A stretch of 64,000 nucleotides of DNA from Gemmatimonadales bacterium (GTDB lineage: Bacteria; Gemmatimonadota; Gemmatimonadetes; Gemmatimonadales; JACORV01): assembly GCA_030697825.1 (NCBI GenBank), contig JAUYOW010000049.1, forward strand, positions 12,221 to 76,220. Direction: 5' to 3'. Below are positions 56,017 to 64,000 of the stretch, piece after piece (position 1 is the first letter of the stretch; each line of letters opens with the position of its first letter). The notes under the pieces were generated by a model. It had not been told where the DNA came from and did no database searches. It was given only the letters and a program-made list of their open reading frames with translations. The position numbers and the translations under genes are program-made.

Positions 56017-56398
56017 TCGGCGGCTCGGCGCGCGGCGCCGGCTTCTCACCGTTGAGGATGCGAAGCACGTTCTCCAGCTCCGCTTTCAGGTCGCGGACCA
56101 TCTCCGCCGCGAGTGCCTCGTGCGCCACCGGCTTGAGCTCGCCGGTGCGGCGGAAGTGCTCGATGCGCTGGCGCGCCCCTTCGATCGTGTACTTCTCGGT
56201 GTACAGCAGGTGCTTGACGAGCATGATCAGCTCGATCTCGCGCCGCTGGTAAACGCGGTTGCCGGACCGGTTCTTGGCCGGATTGAGGAACCGGAACTGG
56301 CTCTCCCAGTAACGCAGCACGTGCGGCTTGAGGTCGGTGAGAGTGCAGACCTCTCCGATCGAGAAGAACTCCTGCACGGGAACAGGGCCGGCCGCCAT
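56009..56398 (-). CDS. MerR family transcriptional regulator
   Basis: HTH FSIGEVCTLTDLKPHVLRYWE and NRSGNRVYQRREIELI. Confidence 0.82.
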   Translation of the reverse strand: MAAGPVPVQEFFSIGEVCTLTDLKPHVLRYWESQFRFLNPAKNRSGNRVYQRREIELIMLVKHLLYTEKYTIEGARQRIEHFRRTGELKPVAHEALAAEMVRDLKAELENVLRILNGEKPAPRAEPPSE

Positions 56399-56401
56399 CC
56401 C

Positions 56402-57403
56402 CTAGCCCCAGGTCTCGCTCTTAGGGGCGCGCTCCATCAGGTCGCTGATCGCCAGCTTCGGCGGCTTGCCGTCGAAGAGCACGTGCGAGACCTCGCGCGC
56501 GATCGGCAACTCGACTCCCACCCGTTCGCCGAGCGCTACGGCGGCCCGCGCGGTACCGACCCCCTCGGCCACCGAGAGGCGCTTCGCCAGGATCTCTTCG
56601 AGCGTCCTTCCCTTCCCCAGCTCGACTCCCAGGCTCCGGTTGCGCGAGAGCAGTCCGGTCGCCGTGAGGACCAGGTCGCCCAGTCCGGCGAGGCCCGCGA
56701 AGGTCATCGGGCGCGCGCCCATCGCCACGCCCAGGCGGGTGATCTCGGCCAGCCCTCGGGTGACCAGGGCGGCGCGGGCGTTGTTCCCGAGGCCGAGACC
56801 TTCGAGGATCCCCGCCGCGATGGCGACCACGTTCTTGAGTGCGCCCCCCAGCTCCACACCGACCACGTCGTCGTTGGTGTAGATGCGGAAGTGCGGTGCG
56901 CTCAAAACGCGCTGCGCTCGCACCGCCGCCTCGGCCGAGGTGCCCGCCACGGCCGCCGCGGTAGGCTGCCGTTCGTAGACCTCGCGCGCGAAGGTCGGGC
57001 CGGAGAGGGCAGCCACCGGCGTGCCGGCGGGAAGCACTTCGCCCAGCACTTCCGTCATGCGCATCAGGCCCTTCGACTCGAGCCCCTTCGAAACGCTGAT
57101 CACGAGCGTCCCCGGCGTCAGGCTGTTCGCGGCCTCCGTCATCACGCTGCGCACCGCGTGCGACGGCGCCGCGGATATGACCGTCTCGGCGTCACGCACG
57201 GCCGACGCGAGGTCGGTGGTCGCACGGAGCGCCGCATGGAGCGGCGCCTCGGGAAGGAACAGGTCGTTGCGGTGCCGGCGGTTGATCTCGTCGGCGACCT
57301 CGGGCTCGTACGCCCAGACGGTCACCTGCCCGCCGTTGGCGGCGAGCGTGTCGGCAAGCGCGGTCCCCCAGCTGCCCGCGCCCACGACCGCGATGCGTGT
57401 CAT
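56402..57403 (-). CDS. gpsA: NAD(P)H-dependent glycerol-3-phosphate dehydrogenase
   Basis: IAVVGAGSWGTALA Rossmann motif. GpsA-like over the full length. Confidence 0.92.
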   Translation of the reverse strand: MTRIAVVGAGSWGTALADTLAANGGQVTVWAYEPEVADEINRRHRNDLFLPEAPLHAALRATTDLASAVRDAETVISAAPSHAVRSVMTEAANSLTPGTLVISVSKGLESKGLMRMTEVLGEVLPAGTPVAALSGPTFAREVYERQPTAAAVAGTSAEAAVRAQRVLSAPHFRIYTNDDVVGVELGGALKNVVAIAAGILEGLGLGNNARAALVTRGLAEITRLGVAMGARPMTFAGLAGLGDLVLTATGLLSRNRSLGVELGKGRTLEEILAKRLSVAEGVGTARAAVALGERVGVELPIAREVSHVLFDGKPPKLAISDLMERAPKSETWG

Positions 57404-58005
57404 TGCGATGCGGCCTTGCGGCGCCCGAAACGCGCCTCGGTCCCGGAGCGCAGGCGCCCGATGTTGGCGCGGTGCGTGTAGACGACGAAGACGCAGACAG
57501 CGATGGATCCCCAGAGCAGCTCAGACCTGCCCGGATAGAGCAGTGGCACGCTGGCGGCGAAGGCCATGGCTGCGATCATCGAGCCGAGGGAGACGTAGCC
57601 GCTGAGGTACACGACGCCTGCCCAGACCAGCGCGCCGACGCCCAGCGAGCCGGGCGCGAGCGCGAGGAAAACGCCCGCCGCCGTTGCGACTCCCTTCCCT
57701 CCCTTGAACCGGACGAACGGGGAGAAGACGTGCCCCAGTACCGCGGCTACGCCGATCGCGTACGGCCACCACTCCGCTCCGCCGGCCGCGCGCCCCGCGA
57801 GGAGGACCGGCACCGTTCCCTTCGCGACGTCGAAGAACCCTACCGGCACGGCCGCCTTCCACCCGAGCAGGCGGTAGAGGTTCGTCGCGCCGAGGTTCCT
57901 GCTGCCGAACTCGCGCAGGTCCACACCTCCCGCGAGCTTCGCCACGACCAACGAGGTCGGAATCGAACCCGCGAGGTACGCGAGCAGGAGCCAGACCGCT
58001 ATCAT
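57400..58005 (-). CDS. plsY: glycerol-3-phosphate acyltransferase PlsY
   Basis: ATG 58005 (ATGA overlap with der). MIAVWLLLAYLAGSIP and FGSRNLGATN motifs. The long upstream ORF extension is rejected. Confidence 0.9.
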   Translation of the reverse strand: MIAVWLLLAYLAGSIPTSLVVAKLAGGVDLREFGSRNLGATNLYRLLGWKAAVPVGFFDVAKGTVPVLLAGRAAGGAEWWPYAIGVAAVLGHVFSPFVRFKGGKGVATAAGVFLALAPGSLGVGALVWAGVVYLSGYVSLGSMIAAMAFAASVPLLYPGRSELLWGSIAVCVFVVYTHRANIGRLRSGTEARFGRRKAASQ

Positions 58006-59330
58006 CCGTGCGCTCTCGAGCGCCGGCGGCCGGTGAAGCGTAGGCGGATCGGCGCGCCGAGGAAGCCGAAGTGCTCCCGGAAACCGTTGAGGATGAAACG
58101 GCGATACTGGTCCGGGATCTCGTCCGGGCGGCTGCTCACGATCGCGAACGTCGGAGGCTCGGTTCCTATCTGCGAGCCGTACAAGAGCTTCACCTCGGAG
58201 CCGCCCGCCTGCGGCGGCTGCCGCCGGGCGACCAGCTCGCGCAGCACGCGGTTGACCTCGGCGGTCTGGATCCGCTGGCGGCGCGCGTCGGCGGCCTGCA
58301 CTACGGCTTCCAGCACCTTCTGCGCCCGCATGCCCGTCAGGGCCGAGAGGTAGATGAACGGCACGTCGTCGAGGAACGGCGCCCGTTCGGTCGCGACCTT
58401 GCGGCCGGCATCGGCGGTGTTCTGGTCCTTCTCGACGAGGTCCCACTTGTTCACGGCGAAGACCAGCCCGGTCCCCGCCTCCCACGCCTGCGCGGCGATC
58501 TTGATGTCCATCGTGTGGAGCCCGCTCGACGCATCCACCACGATGACGCAGACGTCGGCGCGCTCGATGGCGCGCTGGGCCCGCAGCAGGGCGTAGAACT
58601 CGACCGCCTCGTCGATCTTGCCGCGACGCCTGAGACCGGCGGTGTCCACGAAGTTGAGGACGCGCCCGTTGTAGCGCATCGGCGTGTCGATGGCGTCGCG
58701 CGTAGTTCCCGGCTGGTCGGCGACGATGAGCCGCTCCTCGCCGAGCAGACGGTTCACGAGGCTCGACTTCCCGACGTTGGGGCGCCCGATGACGGCGACG
58801 GCGATCTCGTCCTCCGCCGCGGGCGGCGGCGCCGGCGGCAGCGCCTCGACGATGATGTCGAGGAGGTCACCCGTTCCCTTCCCCGTCGCGGCCGACACGG
58901 GGAACGGATCACCGATCCCCAGCTCGTAGAACCCCAGGTGCCGCTGCTCGCCGGCCAGCTCGTCCGCCTTGTTCACGACCAGGACCACCGGCTTGCCGCG
59001 AGAACGCACGTACTCGGCGATCTCCTGATCACCCGGCGTGGGGCCGGTCTCCACGTCCACCAGGAAGAGGACGACGTCGGCGGAGTCCACCGCGAGCCCG
59101 ACCTGGTCGCGTATGGCCGCGTCCATCGGCTCGTCGGAGGAGGGGAGCAGCCCGCCGGTGTCCACCAGCCAGAAGCCGCGGCCGTTCCACTCAGCCTTGC
59201 CGAAGTGGCGGTCGCGGGTCGAGCCGGGACGGTCATCCACGATGGCCGTGCGCCCGCCCACGAGCCGATTGAACAGCGTGGACTTCCCGACGTTGGGGCG
59301 GCCGATGACGGCGACCGTTGCGGCTCTCAT
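58002..59330 (-). CDS. der: ribosome-associated GTPase Der (EngA)
   Basis: Two G domains, VAVIGRPNVGKSTLFNRL and VAVIGRPNVGKSSLVNRL. ATG 59330 gives an ATGA overlap with the upstream gene. The 610-aa ORF extension is rejected. Confidence 0.93.
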   Translation of the reverse strand: MRAATVAVIGRPNVGKSTLFNRLVGGRTAIVDDRPGSTRDRHFGKAEWNGRGFWLVDTGGLLPSSDEPMDAAIRDQVGLAVDSADVVLFLVDVETGPTPGDQEIAEYVRSRGKPVVLVVNKADELAGEQRHLGFYELGIGDPFPVSAATGKGTGDLLDIIVEALPPAPPPAAEDEIAVAVIGRPNVGKSSLVNRLLGEERLIVADQPGTTRDAIDTPMRYNGRVLNFVDTAGLRRRGKIDEAVEFYALLRAQRAIERADVCVIVVDASSGLHTMDIKIAAQAWEAGTGLVFAVNKWDLVEKDQNTADAGRKVATERAPFLDDVPFIYLSALTGMRAQKVLEAVVQAADARRQRIQTAEVNRVLRELVARRQPPQAGGSEVKLLYGSQIGTEPPTFAIVSSRPDEIPDQYRRFILNGFREHFGFLGAPIRLRFTGRRRSRAHG

Positions 59331-60604
59331 CGTGCCGGCACTCCCGCCAAGGCATCCGTGAAGTGGTACGAGAGCAGCACCGGCATCGGGGCCGTGCCGG
59401 CTATCGCATCGAGAGGGACATCGTCCACGAACAATCCGTCCTCGTTCACGGACTCCGCCGGCAGCAAGGCCAGGGCGCAATCGACCCGGCCCGCGAGCGC
59501 GCGGCGGAAATCCTCGCCCCCCAGCAATCCCGCCGTCGAGACCGTAGGGCCGAAGTAGGTGTTCTCCAGCACGGCGAGCTCGAACTTCGCACCCGTCGCC
59601 TGCTCGAGCGCAGGAAGGATGGACGGCATGAGGGTGCCCATCGCCGCGCCGGTGCACACCAGCACGCGCTGCCCGGTCAGGTCCGGCAGCGCGCCGGTTT
59701 CCGCCGCGATGAGTCCCTCCAGATAGCGCACGGCCCCGACCCCGTTCTCCACCTGCGGGAATCCGTCGTAGGACTCGGCGGGCGGGAACGGCATCCCGGC
59801 GAGCATGTACAGCTCGTCCGAGCCATACACCCATCCCTCTCCCCTCTCCCCTCTCCCCTTCCTCTCCCAGCTACGCAACACTTCTATGGCGGCCCGGCCC
59901 TCTGCCTCGGCGGGGCTCCGCACCAGCCCGTTCCTCGAGAACGCCGTCAGCGCGACCGGCACGATGGACACCGTGAGGATGGCATCGCCCATCGCGTAGA
60001 GATCTCGAAGCGATCGCTCGAGCACCGGCCCGTCGTTGGCGCCGGGGACCAGCACGATCTGGGCATGGAACTGGATGCCGCCCGCGGCGAACATCGCGAG
60101 CTGCTCGAGGATGGCGGGAGCCTTCGGATTGCGCAGCAGCAGCCGCCTGACCTCGGCGTCGGTGGAATGCACCGACACGTACAGCGGCGAGAGCCGGTAC
60201 TCCATGATTCGCCGCACGTCCTTGTCCCTCAGGTTCGACAGCGTCGCGAAGTTCCCGTGCCGGAACGAGAGGCGGTAGTCGTCGTCGCGGACGAAGAGCG
60301 TCTTGCGCGCACTCTCGGGGTTGCCGTCCACGAAGCAGAAGTCGCAGCGGTTGGCGCAACGGCGGATCTTGGGCGGTTCGAGCGTGACGCCGAGGGGAAG
60401 CCCTTCGGGGCGCTCGATGTCGAACTCTATCTCCTCACCGGCCGCCGAGCGGGTGCGGAGCAGGAAGGCCTCGTCGGCGGCTAGGAACTCCCAGTCGAGG
60501 AAGTCCACCAGCTCGCGGCCGTTGATGGCCAGCAGCTCGTCGCCCGGCCCGAGACCGAGCTCGGACGCCAGCGAGTCTGGAGCGACGGATGAAACGCGCA
60601 GCAC
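59327..60604 (-). CDS. DUF512 protein (PDZ-like N-terminus + radical-SAM-like core)
   Basis: GLGPGDELLAINGREL (PDZ-like) and CANRCDFCFVD. Gene order DUF512-der as in many bacteria. Confidence 0.7.
   Translation of the reverse strand: MLRVSSVAPDSLASELGLGPGDELLAINGRELVDFLDWEFLAADEAFLLRTRSAAGEEIEFDIERPEGLPLGVTLEPPKIRRCANRCDFCFVDGNPESARKTLFVRDDDYRLSFRHGNFATLSNLRDKDVRRIMEYRLSPLYVSVHSTDAEVRRLLLRNPKAPAILEQLAMFAAGGIQFHAQIVLVPGANDGPVLERSLRDLYAMGDAILTVSIVPVALTAFSRNGLVRSPAEAEGRAAIEVLRSWERKGRGERGEGWVYGSDELYMLAGMPFPPAESYDGFPQVENGVGAVRYLEGLIAAETGALPDLTGQRVLVCTGAAMGTLMPSILPALEQATGAKFELAVLENTYFGPTVSTAGLLGGEDFRRALAGRVDCALALLPAESVNEDGLFVDDVPLDAIAGTAPMPVLLSYHFTDALAGVPAR
59823..59869 (+). repeat. 47-nt G-free tract with a 35-nt pure polypyrimidine core (CCCCTCT heptamers)
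   Basis: CCATACACCCATCCCTCTCCCCTCTCCCCTCTCCCCTTCCTCTCCCA. On the coding (minus) strand it encodes WERKGRGERGEGW using AGG/AGA/GGA/GGG codons. Confidence 0.9.
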
Positions 60605-60667
60605 GGCAGGACCACCGCTAGCGCGCGCGGGGGTCGGCCCCTGAAGGGCCGGCCCCCGGCGTCGAGG

Positions 60668-60739
<72 letters not shown>

Positions 60740-60784
60740 GTGCGAGGCGGAATGTAGGACCGCTCCGCCCCGTGTCAAGCATCG

Positions 60785-62239
60785 TCAATTGGTCCTGTAC
60801 CGGTAGGCGAGGATGCCCCGCCCGCTTGCGATGATGTTGAAATCATACTGGTTCCCCGGCTGCCCCAGCGCAGAGAGATCGGGGATCTCGACGTTCTCGT
60901 GCGCGATCACCGCGCCGGTGCTGTCCACGAACTCCAGGACGAACACGAACGCGCGCTGCTGGCGGGACTGGAGGTTCTGGATGACGCCCCGGAGCGTCGC
61001 GGTGCTGTCGCGCGGCTCGAAGCGCTGCACCGAGATCTCCCACGGCAACGAATCCTGGCGCTGCAGCTGACGCAGCGTCGAGTCCGCGTAGGCATTGTAG
61101 ATGCGGCGGAACCTGGCGGCGGAGGTATCGCGCCGCGCGCGCAGGATCGAGTCCTGGGTGCGGGCCCCCGCGCCGACCCTCTGATACGCCGCCGCGAGGA
61201 GACGAATCGAGCTGCGATTCATCGAATCCACGGCGACCAGCCGTTTCGCCGCGGGCAGGGCCCGCGCCGTGTCGTTCCCCGCGACGTAGGTGTTCGCCAG
61301 GTTGAAGAGCGCATCGCGGTGGAGCGGGTTCTTCTGAAGCCCCAGTTGGAACGCCTGCGCCGCGATCTGATACCGGTTCTGCCGGAAAAGCGCCACTCCG
61401 GTCTCGAACAGCTCGAACGAGCCGAGCGAATCGGGGTGGGCCAGGATCGAGTCGTAGATCGCGGCCGCCTCCTCGGTCCGGCTGAGGCTCGACAGCACCG
61501 ACGCCAGGCTGGTCAGCGCCTCCATGTCACGTGGCTTCCGGCGCAGGTATTCCCGATACGCCGAGTCCGCCGCCGCGAACCGATTGGCCAGGTGCAGAAG
61601 CCGCGCCGCGTTGAAGAGCGAGGTGGTCCGCAGCCCGTCGCGACGCGGGTCATCCCCGGCGGCCGCGGCCCTGCGGTAGTAGGCCACCGCGCTGTCCGTG
61701 GCGTCCTGCTGCGAGAAGATGCTGGCCATGTTCGCGAAGCTGTTGGGCTCCGACCGATAGATGACGTGCGCACGCCGGAGCAGCGCCAGCGCCGAGTCGT
61801 AGTGCTGCCCCTGGATCTGCTCTACCGCGAGGTTCTGGATGGGCACGTACTCGTTGCGTCGGAGCCGGTCGACGGCGCGCCGGCAGTCCGCGTCACCCAG
61901 TGCCTCGACCTTGCGGAACGACGAGTCGGCGCCGGGAAGGTCGTGCTTGGCGAGGTAGGTCTGGCCGAAGAAGTACCAGAGGGTCAACTGATCCGCGTTG
62001 CCCGCCTGGGCTGCTTCCGTCAGCACCCGCATCGAGTTGGCGAGGTGCCGCTGGCGATCGTCCTCGAAACGGGTGCGCTGCACCTGATCCAGGTACTGCT
62101 GGGCTCCGTTCAGCCGGAAATTGCTTCGATAGTTCAAACGGCATTGGGGCTGCGGCGCGGCCTGTTGGGCCGCGGCCGGGCCTGCCACGAGACCGAGCGC
62201 CAAGGCTGGCACCATGAGCCGAAGCATGCGCGAAAACAT
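60785..62239 (-). CDS. secreted TPR repeat protein
   Basis: Signal peptide ..GPAAAQQ. Multiple TPR-like A/Y/L repeats, followed by a ~100-aa beta-looking C-terminal domain. Function unknown. Confidence 0.55.
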   Translation of the reverse strand: MFSRMLRLMVPALALGLVAGPAAAQQAAPQPQCRLNYRSNFRLNGAQQYLDQVQRTRFEDDRQRHLANSMRVLTEAAQAGNADQLTLWYFFGQTYLAKHDLPGADSSFRKVEALGDADCRRAVDRLRRNEYVPIQNLAVEQIQGQHYDSALALLRRAHVIYRSEPNSFANMASIFSQQDATDSAVAYYRRAAAAGDDPRRDGLRTTSLFNAARLLHLANRFAAADSAYREYLRRKPRDMEALTSLASVLSSLSRTEEAAAIYDSILAHPDSLGSFELFETGVALFRQNRYQIAAQAFQLGLQKNPLHRDALFNLANTYVAGNDTARALPAAKRLVAVDSMNRSSIRLLAAAYQRVGAGARTQDSILRARRDTSAARFRRIYNAYADSTLRQLQRQDSLPWEISVQRFEPRDSTATLRGVIQNLQSRQQRAFVFVLEFVDSTGAVIAHENVEIPDLSALGQPGNQYDFNIIASGRGILAYRYRTN

Positions 62240-62331
62240 CCTTGTTATCTCCCCCTCACGTCCGTAACAAGGGCGGTAGTCCGGCTCTCACCGGCGCCGC
62301 CGAAGTGCAATAATCTCCACAAGTTAACGCA

Positions 62332-63507
62332 TTACGTCAACAGGTTACTTGAAGTCCTACCGTAAAGCACACCGGCGCCCGTGTTGACCACCACGATTCG
62401 CTCATCCGGTGCAATCTTACCCCGTTCAACCAGTACTTGAGCCGCCGCGACCGCCGCTCCGCCCTCCGGGCACGCATCGACCCCCTCGAGGGTGGAAAGC
62501 CGGTTCGCAGCGGCCACTAGGGCGGCGTCGGACACCGCGACCGCCCCACCCCTGCTCTCGCGGAGCGCTCGAAGCATCAGGGCCCCGCCAAGCGGATCCG
62601 GAACCCGCAGCCCGCTCGCCACCGTTTCGGGGTTCGGCCAAGGCTCGCACTGGTTATCCCCCCGCTCGAACGCCGTGACCACGGGGGCGCAGCCGGTGGC
62701 CTGGACGGAGAAGAGCCGGGGCATGGGCCCCTCCACCCAGCCGGCGTCTAGCAGCTCACCGAAGACCTTCCACATGCCGATGAGGCCGGTGCCGCCGCCG
62801 GTCGGGTAGATGATGGCTCCGGGCAGTGTCCATCCCAGCTGCTCAGCGATCTCCAGACCGAGAGTCTTCTTCCCCTCGATCCGGTAGGGTTCCCTCAGCG
62901 TCGATAGATCCATGGCCTGCGTTTGGGCCGCGTGGGCCCGCGCCAGTTTGCCGCAGTCTCCGATGTGACCGTCGATGGTTTCGAGGTCGGCCCCATACGC
63001 GGCGATCTGCCCGAGGAGTGGCGCGGGTGTCGTGCGTGGGGCGTACACCTTTACCGCGGCGCCCGCGCGCGCCCCGTAGGCAGCCGCGGCGACGCCGGCG
63101 TTTCCAGCCGTGGGTAGAACGAACCTGGTCACCCCGGCCAGTACCGCCCGCGTGATCGCCGCCGCGAGGCCGCGCGCCTTGAACGAGCCGGTCGGATTGA
63201 CGGCCTCGTCTTTCACCCACAGGTCCTCGATGCCGATGGCGCCGCCGAGCCTCCTGGCGCGCAGCAGCGGTGTCCCGCCTTCGCCGAGCGAGATCGGCGC
63301 CTCATCGCCGACCAGCGGGAGGAACTCCCGGTAGCGCCACATGGTGCGCGCCCGCGCCGGCAGCGCCTCACGCGCCGCGGCGGGAATGCGTCGCGCGTAC
63401 CGCACTAGATAGGGCGACCCGCAGTCGGGGCAGACCGTGGGAAGGCCGTCGGCGCCGACCACCCGCCGGCATCCTGAACATTCGAGTGACCAGTCCATGA
63501 GAGACAC
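62332..63507 (-). CDS. thrC: threonine synthase (with N-terminal zinc ribbon)
   Basis: CSGCRR..CPDCGSPY ribbon and the PLP lysine motif NPTGSFKARG. GTG 63507 is taken as start; ATG 63498 is an alternative. Confidence 0.85.
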   Translation of the reverse strand: MSLMDWSLECSGCRRVVGADGLPTVCPDCGSPYLVRYARRIPAAAREALPARARTMWRYREFLPLVGDEAPISLGEGGTPLLRARRLGGAIGIEDLWVKDEAVNPTGSFKARGLAAAITRAVLAGVTRFVLPTAGNAGVAAAAYGARAGAAVKVYAPRTTPAPLLGQIAAYGADLETIDGHIGDCGKLARAHAAQTQAMDLSTLREPYRIEGKKTLGLEIAEQLGWTLPGAIIYPTGGGTGLIGMWKVFGELLDAGWVEGPMPRLFSVQATGCAPVVTAFERGDNQCEPWPNPETVASGLRVPDPLGGALMLRALRESRGGAVAVSDAALVAAANRLSTLEGVDACPEGGAAVAAAQVLVERGKIAPDERIVVVNTGAGVLYGRTSSNLLT

Positions 63508-63546
63508 GTTATGGGTAATGGGTGATAGGTAATGGGGTGATGGGGT
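63508..63546 (-). repeat. 39-nt G-free, C-rich spacer on the transcribed strand, with a tandem 13/14-nt repeat
   Basis: The plus strand is C-free: GTTATGGGTAATGGGTGATAGGTAATGGGGTGATGGGGT. GGTAATGGGTGAT (63514-63526) is repeated as GGTAATGGGGTGAT (63528-63541). Confidence 0.9.
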
Positions 63547-64000
63547 CAGTCTCCGAGGTGGACATTCTGGAGGATCCGCTCGGCCATCACCGCCGAAATG
63601 CCGGGCACCGTAGCCAGCTCTTCGACCGTCGCCGACTTCACGCCCTCGAGCGAACCGAATCGCTCCAGCAGGGCGCGCCGCCGGGTCGGGCCGACGCCGG
63701 GAATCTCGAGCAGCGCCGATGTGATGGTGCGCGCCGTCCCCCGTTTCCGATTGAAGGTGACGGCCACCCTATGCGCCTCGTCGCGGGCGCGCTGGAGCAA
63801 TCGAAGCGAGGGGCTCCGCCGTGGCAGCCGCAGCGGATCGGGCCGGTCGGGCAGATAGATCTCCTCCTCCCGCTTTGCCAGGCCCACGAAGGGCAGCGGC
63901 GGGGCCGCAGCGCCGCGCGCCGCCGCGAGCGCGGCGTTCAACTGGCCGCGACCGCCGTCCACCACGAAGAGGTCGGGCAGGGGCTTGTCCTCGGCGAGGC
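63546..64000 (-). CDS. uvrC: excinuclease ABC subunit C, C-terminal part (N-terminus beyond window)
   Basis: VVDGGRGQLNAA, LAKREEEIY, and the C-terminal (HhH)2 EIPGVGPTRRRALLERFGS. The frame is open to the window end. Confidence 0.9.
   Translation of the reverse strand, partial: LAEDKPLPDLFVVDGGRGQLNAALAAARGAAAPPLPFVGLAKREEEIYLPDRPDPLRLPRRSPSLRLLQRARDEAHRVAVTFNRKRGTARTITSALLEIPGVGPTRRRALLERFGSLEGVKSATVEELATVPGISAVMAERILQNVHLGD

Noticed and set aside
63508-63546. Possible threonine-operon-type leader peptide or attenuator upstream of thrC, since ACC/ATC/ATT codons are abundant.
   Set aside because: Translating the spacer in all three frames gives no start codon or ORF. There are no alternative terminator/antiterminator hairpins.

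Overview
High-GC (roughly 70% by eye) bacterial chromosomal segment. It is very densely packed, with 65 protein genes, 2 tRNAs, and many ATGA/GTGA start-stop overlaps. Content is overwhelmingly core/housekeeping. Plus strand (1-51365): nuoHIJKLMN; phosphomannomutase plus a UPF0182 membrane protein; arcC-sucC-sucD-(EIIA/CBS fusion)-ndk; yceD-rpmF-plsX-fabH-fabD-fabG-acpP-fabF. These run straight into the futalosine menaquinone genes mqnE-mqnA-mqnC, a truncated PurE-like gene, ispF, a DedA-type gene and xerD. Next comes a small signalling/exported-protein island (26.9-34.2 kb) holding a Ser/Thr kinase-FGE fusion, a TolB-like/TPR protein, a BsuPI-like lipoprotein, a PPC/NHL propeller protein and a small lipoprotein. 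After a trpG/pabA-type amidotransferase there is a 16-kb envelope operon, kdsB-pyrG-kdsA-kdsC-kdsD-lptC-lptA-lptB-rpoN, fused to a five-gene lipid-linked glycosylation module (GT2, GT4, UPF0104 flippase-like, YfhO GT-C, Ppm1-like) and dapF. Minus strand (51532-64000): uvrC(partial)-thrC-TPR-tRNA-Gly-DUF512-der-plsY-gpsA-merR-GT2-surE-pcm-dedA-acyP-apt-tRNA-Arg-yfgM-like. The two blocks converge on one 166-bp gap. That gap contains the only AT-rich island of the window and a 28-bp dif-like XerC/XerD site, so the window probably spans the replication terminus. I saw no CRISPR array, transposase, phage gene, toxin-antitoxin pair or recognisable defence system, and I cannot point to a clear-cut wholly new multi-gene system. 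The best second-look candidates are the dif/terminus call, the rpoN-linked YfhO glycosylation module in an LPS-making organism, LptB with a ~150-aa N-terminal extra domain, the EIIA(Ntr)-CBS fusion embedded between sucCD and ndk, the truncated PurE-like gene inside the mqn-ispF cluster, the exported BsuPI/PPC-NHL/lipoprotein trio, and three 39-47 nt G-free (or C-free) tracts. All calls rest on reading the supplied translations and sequence by eye; no database search was run.
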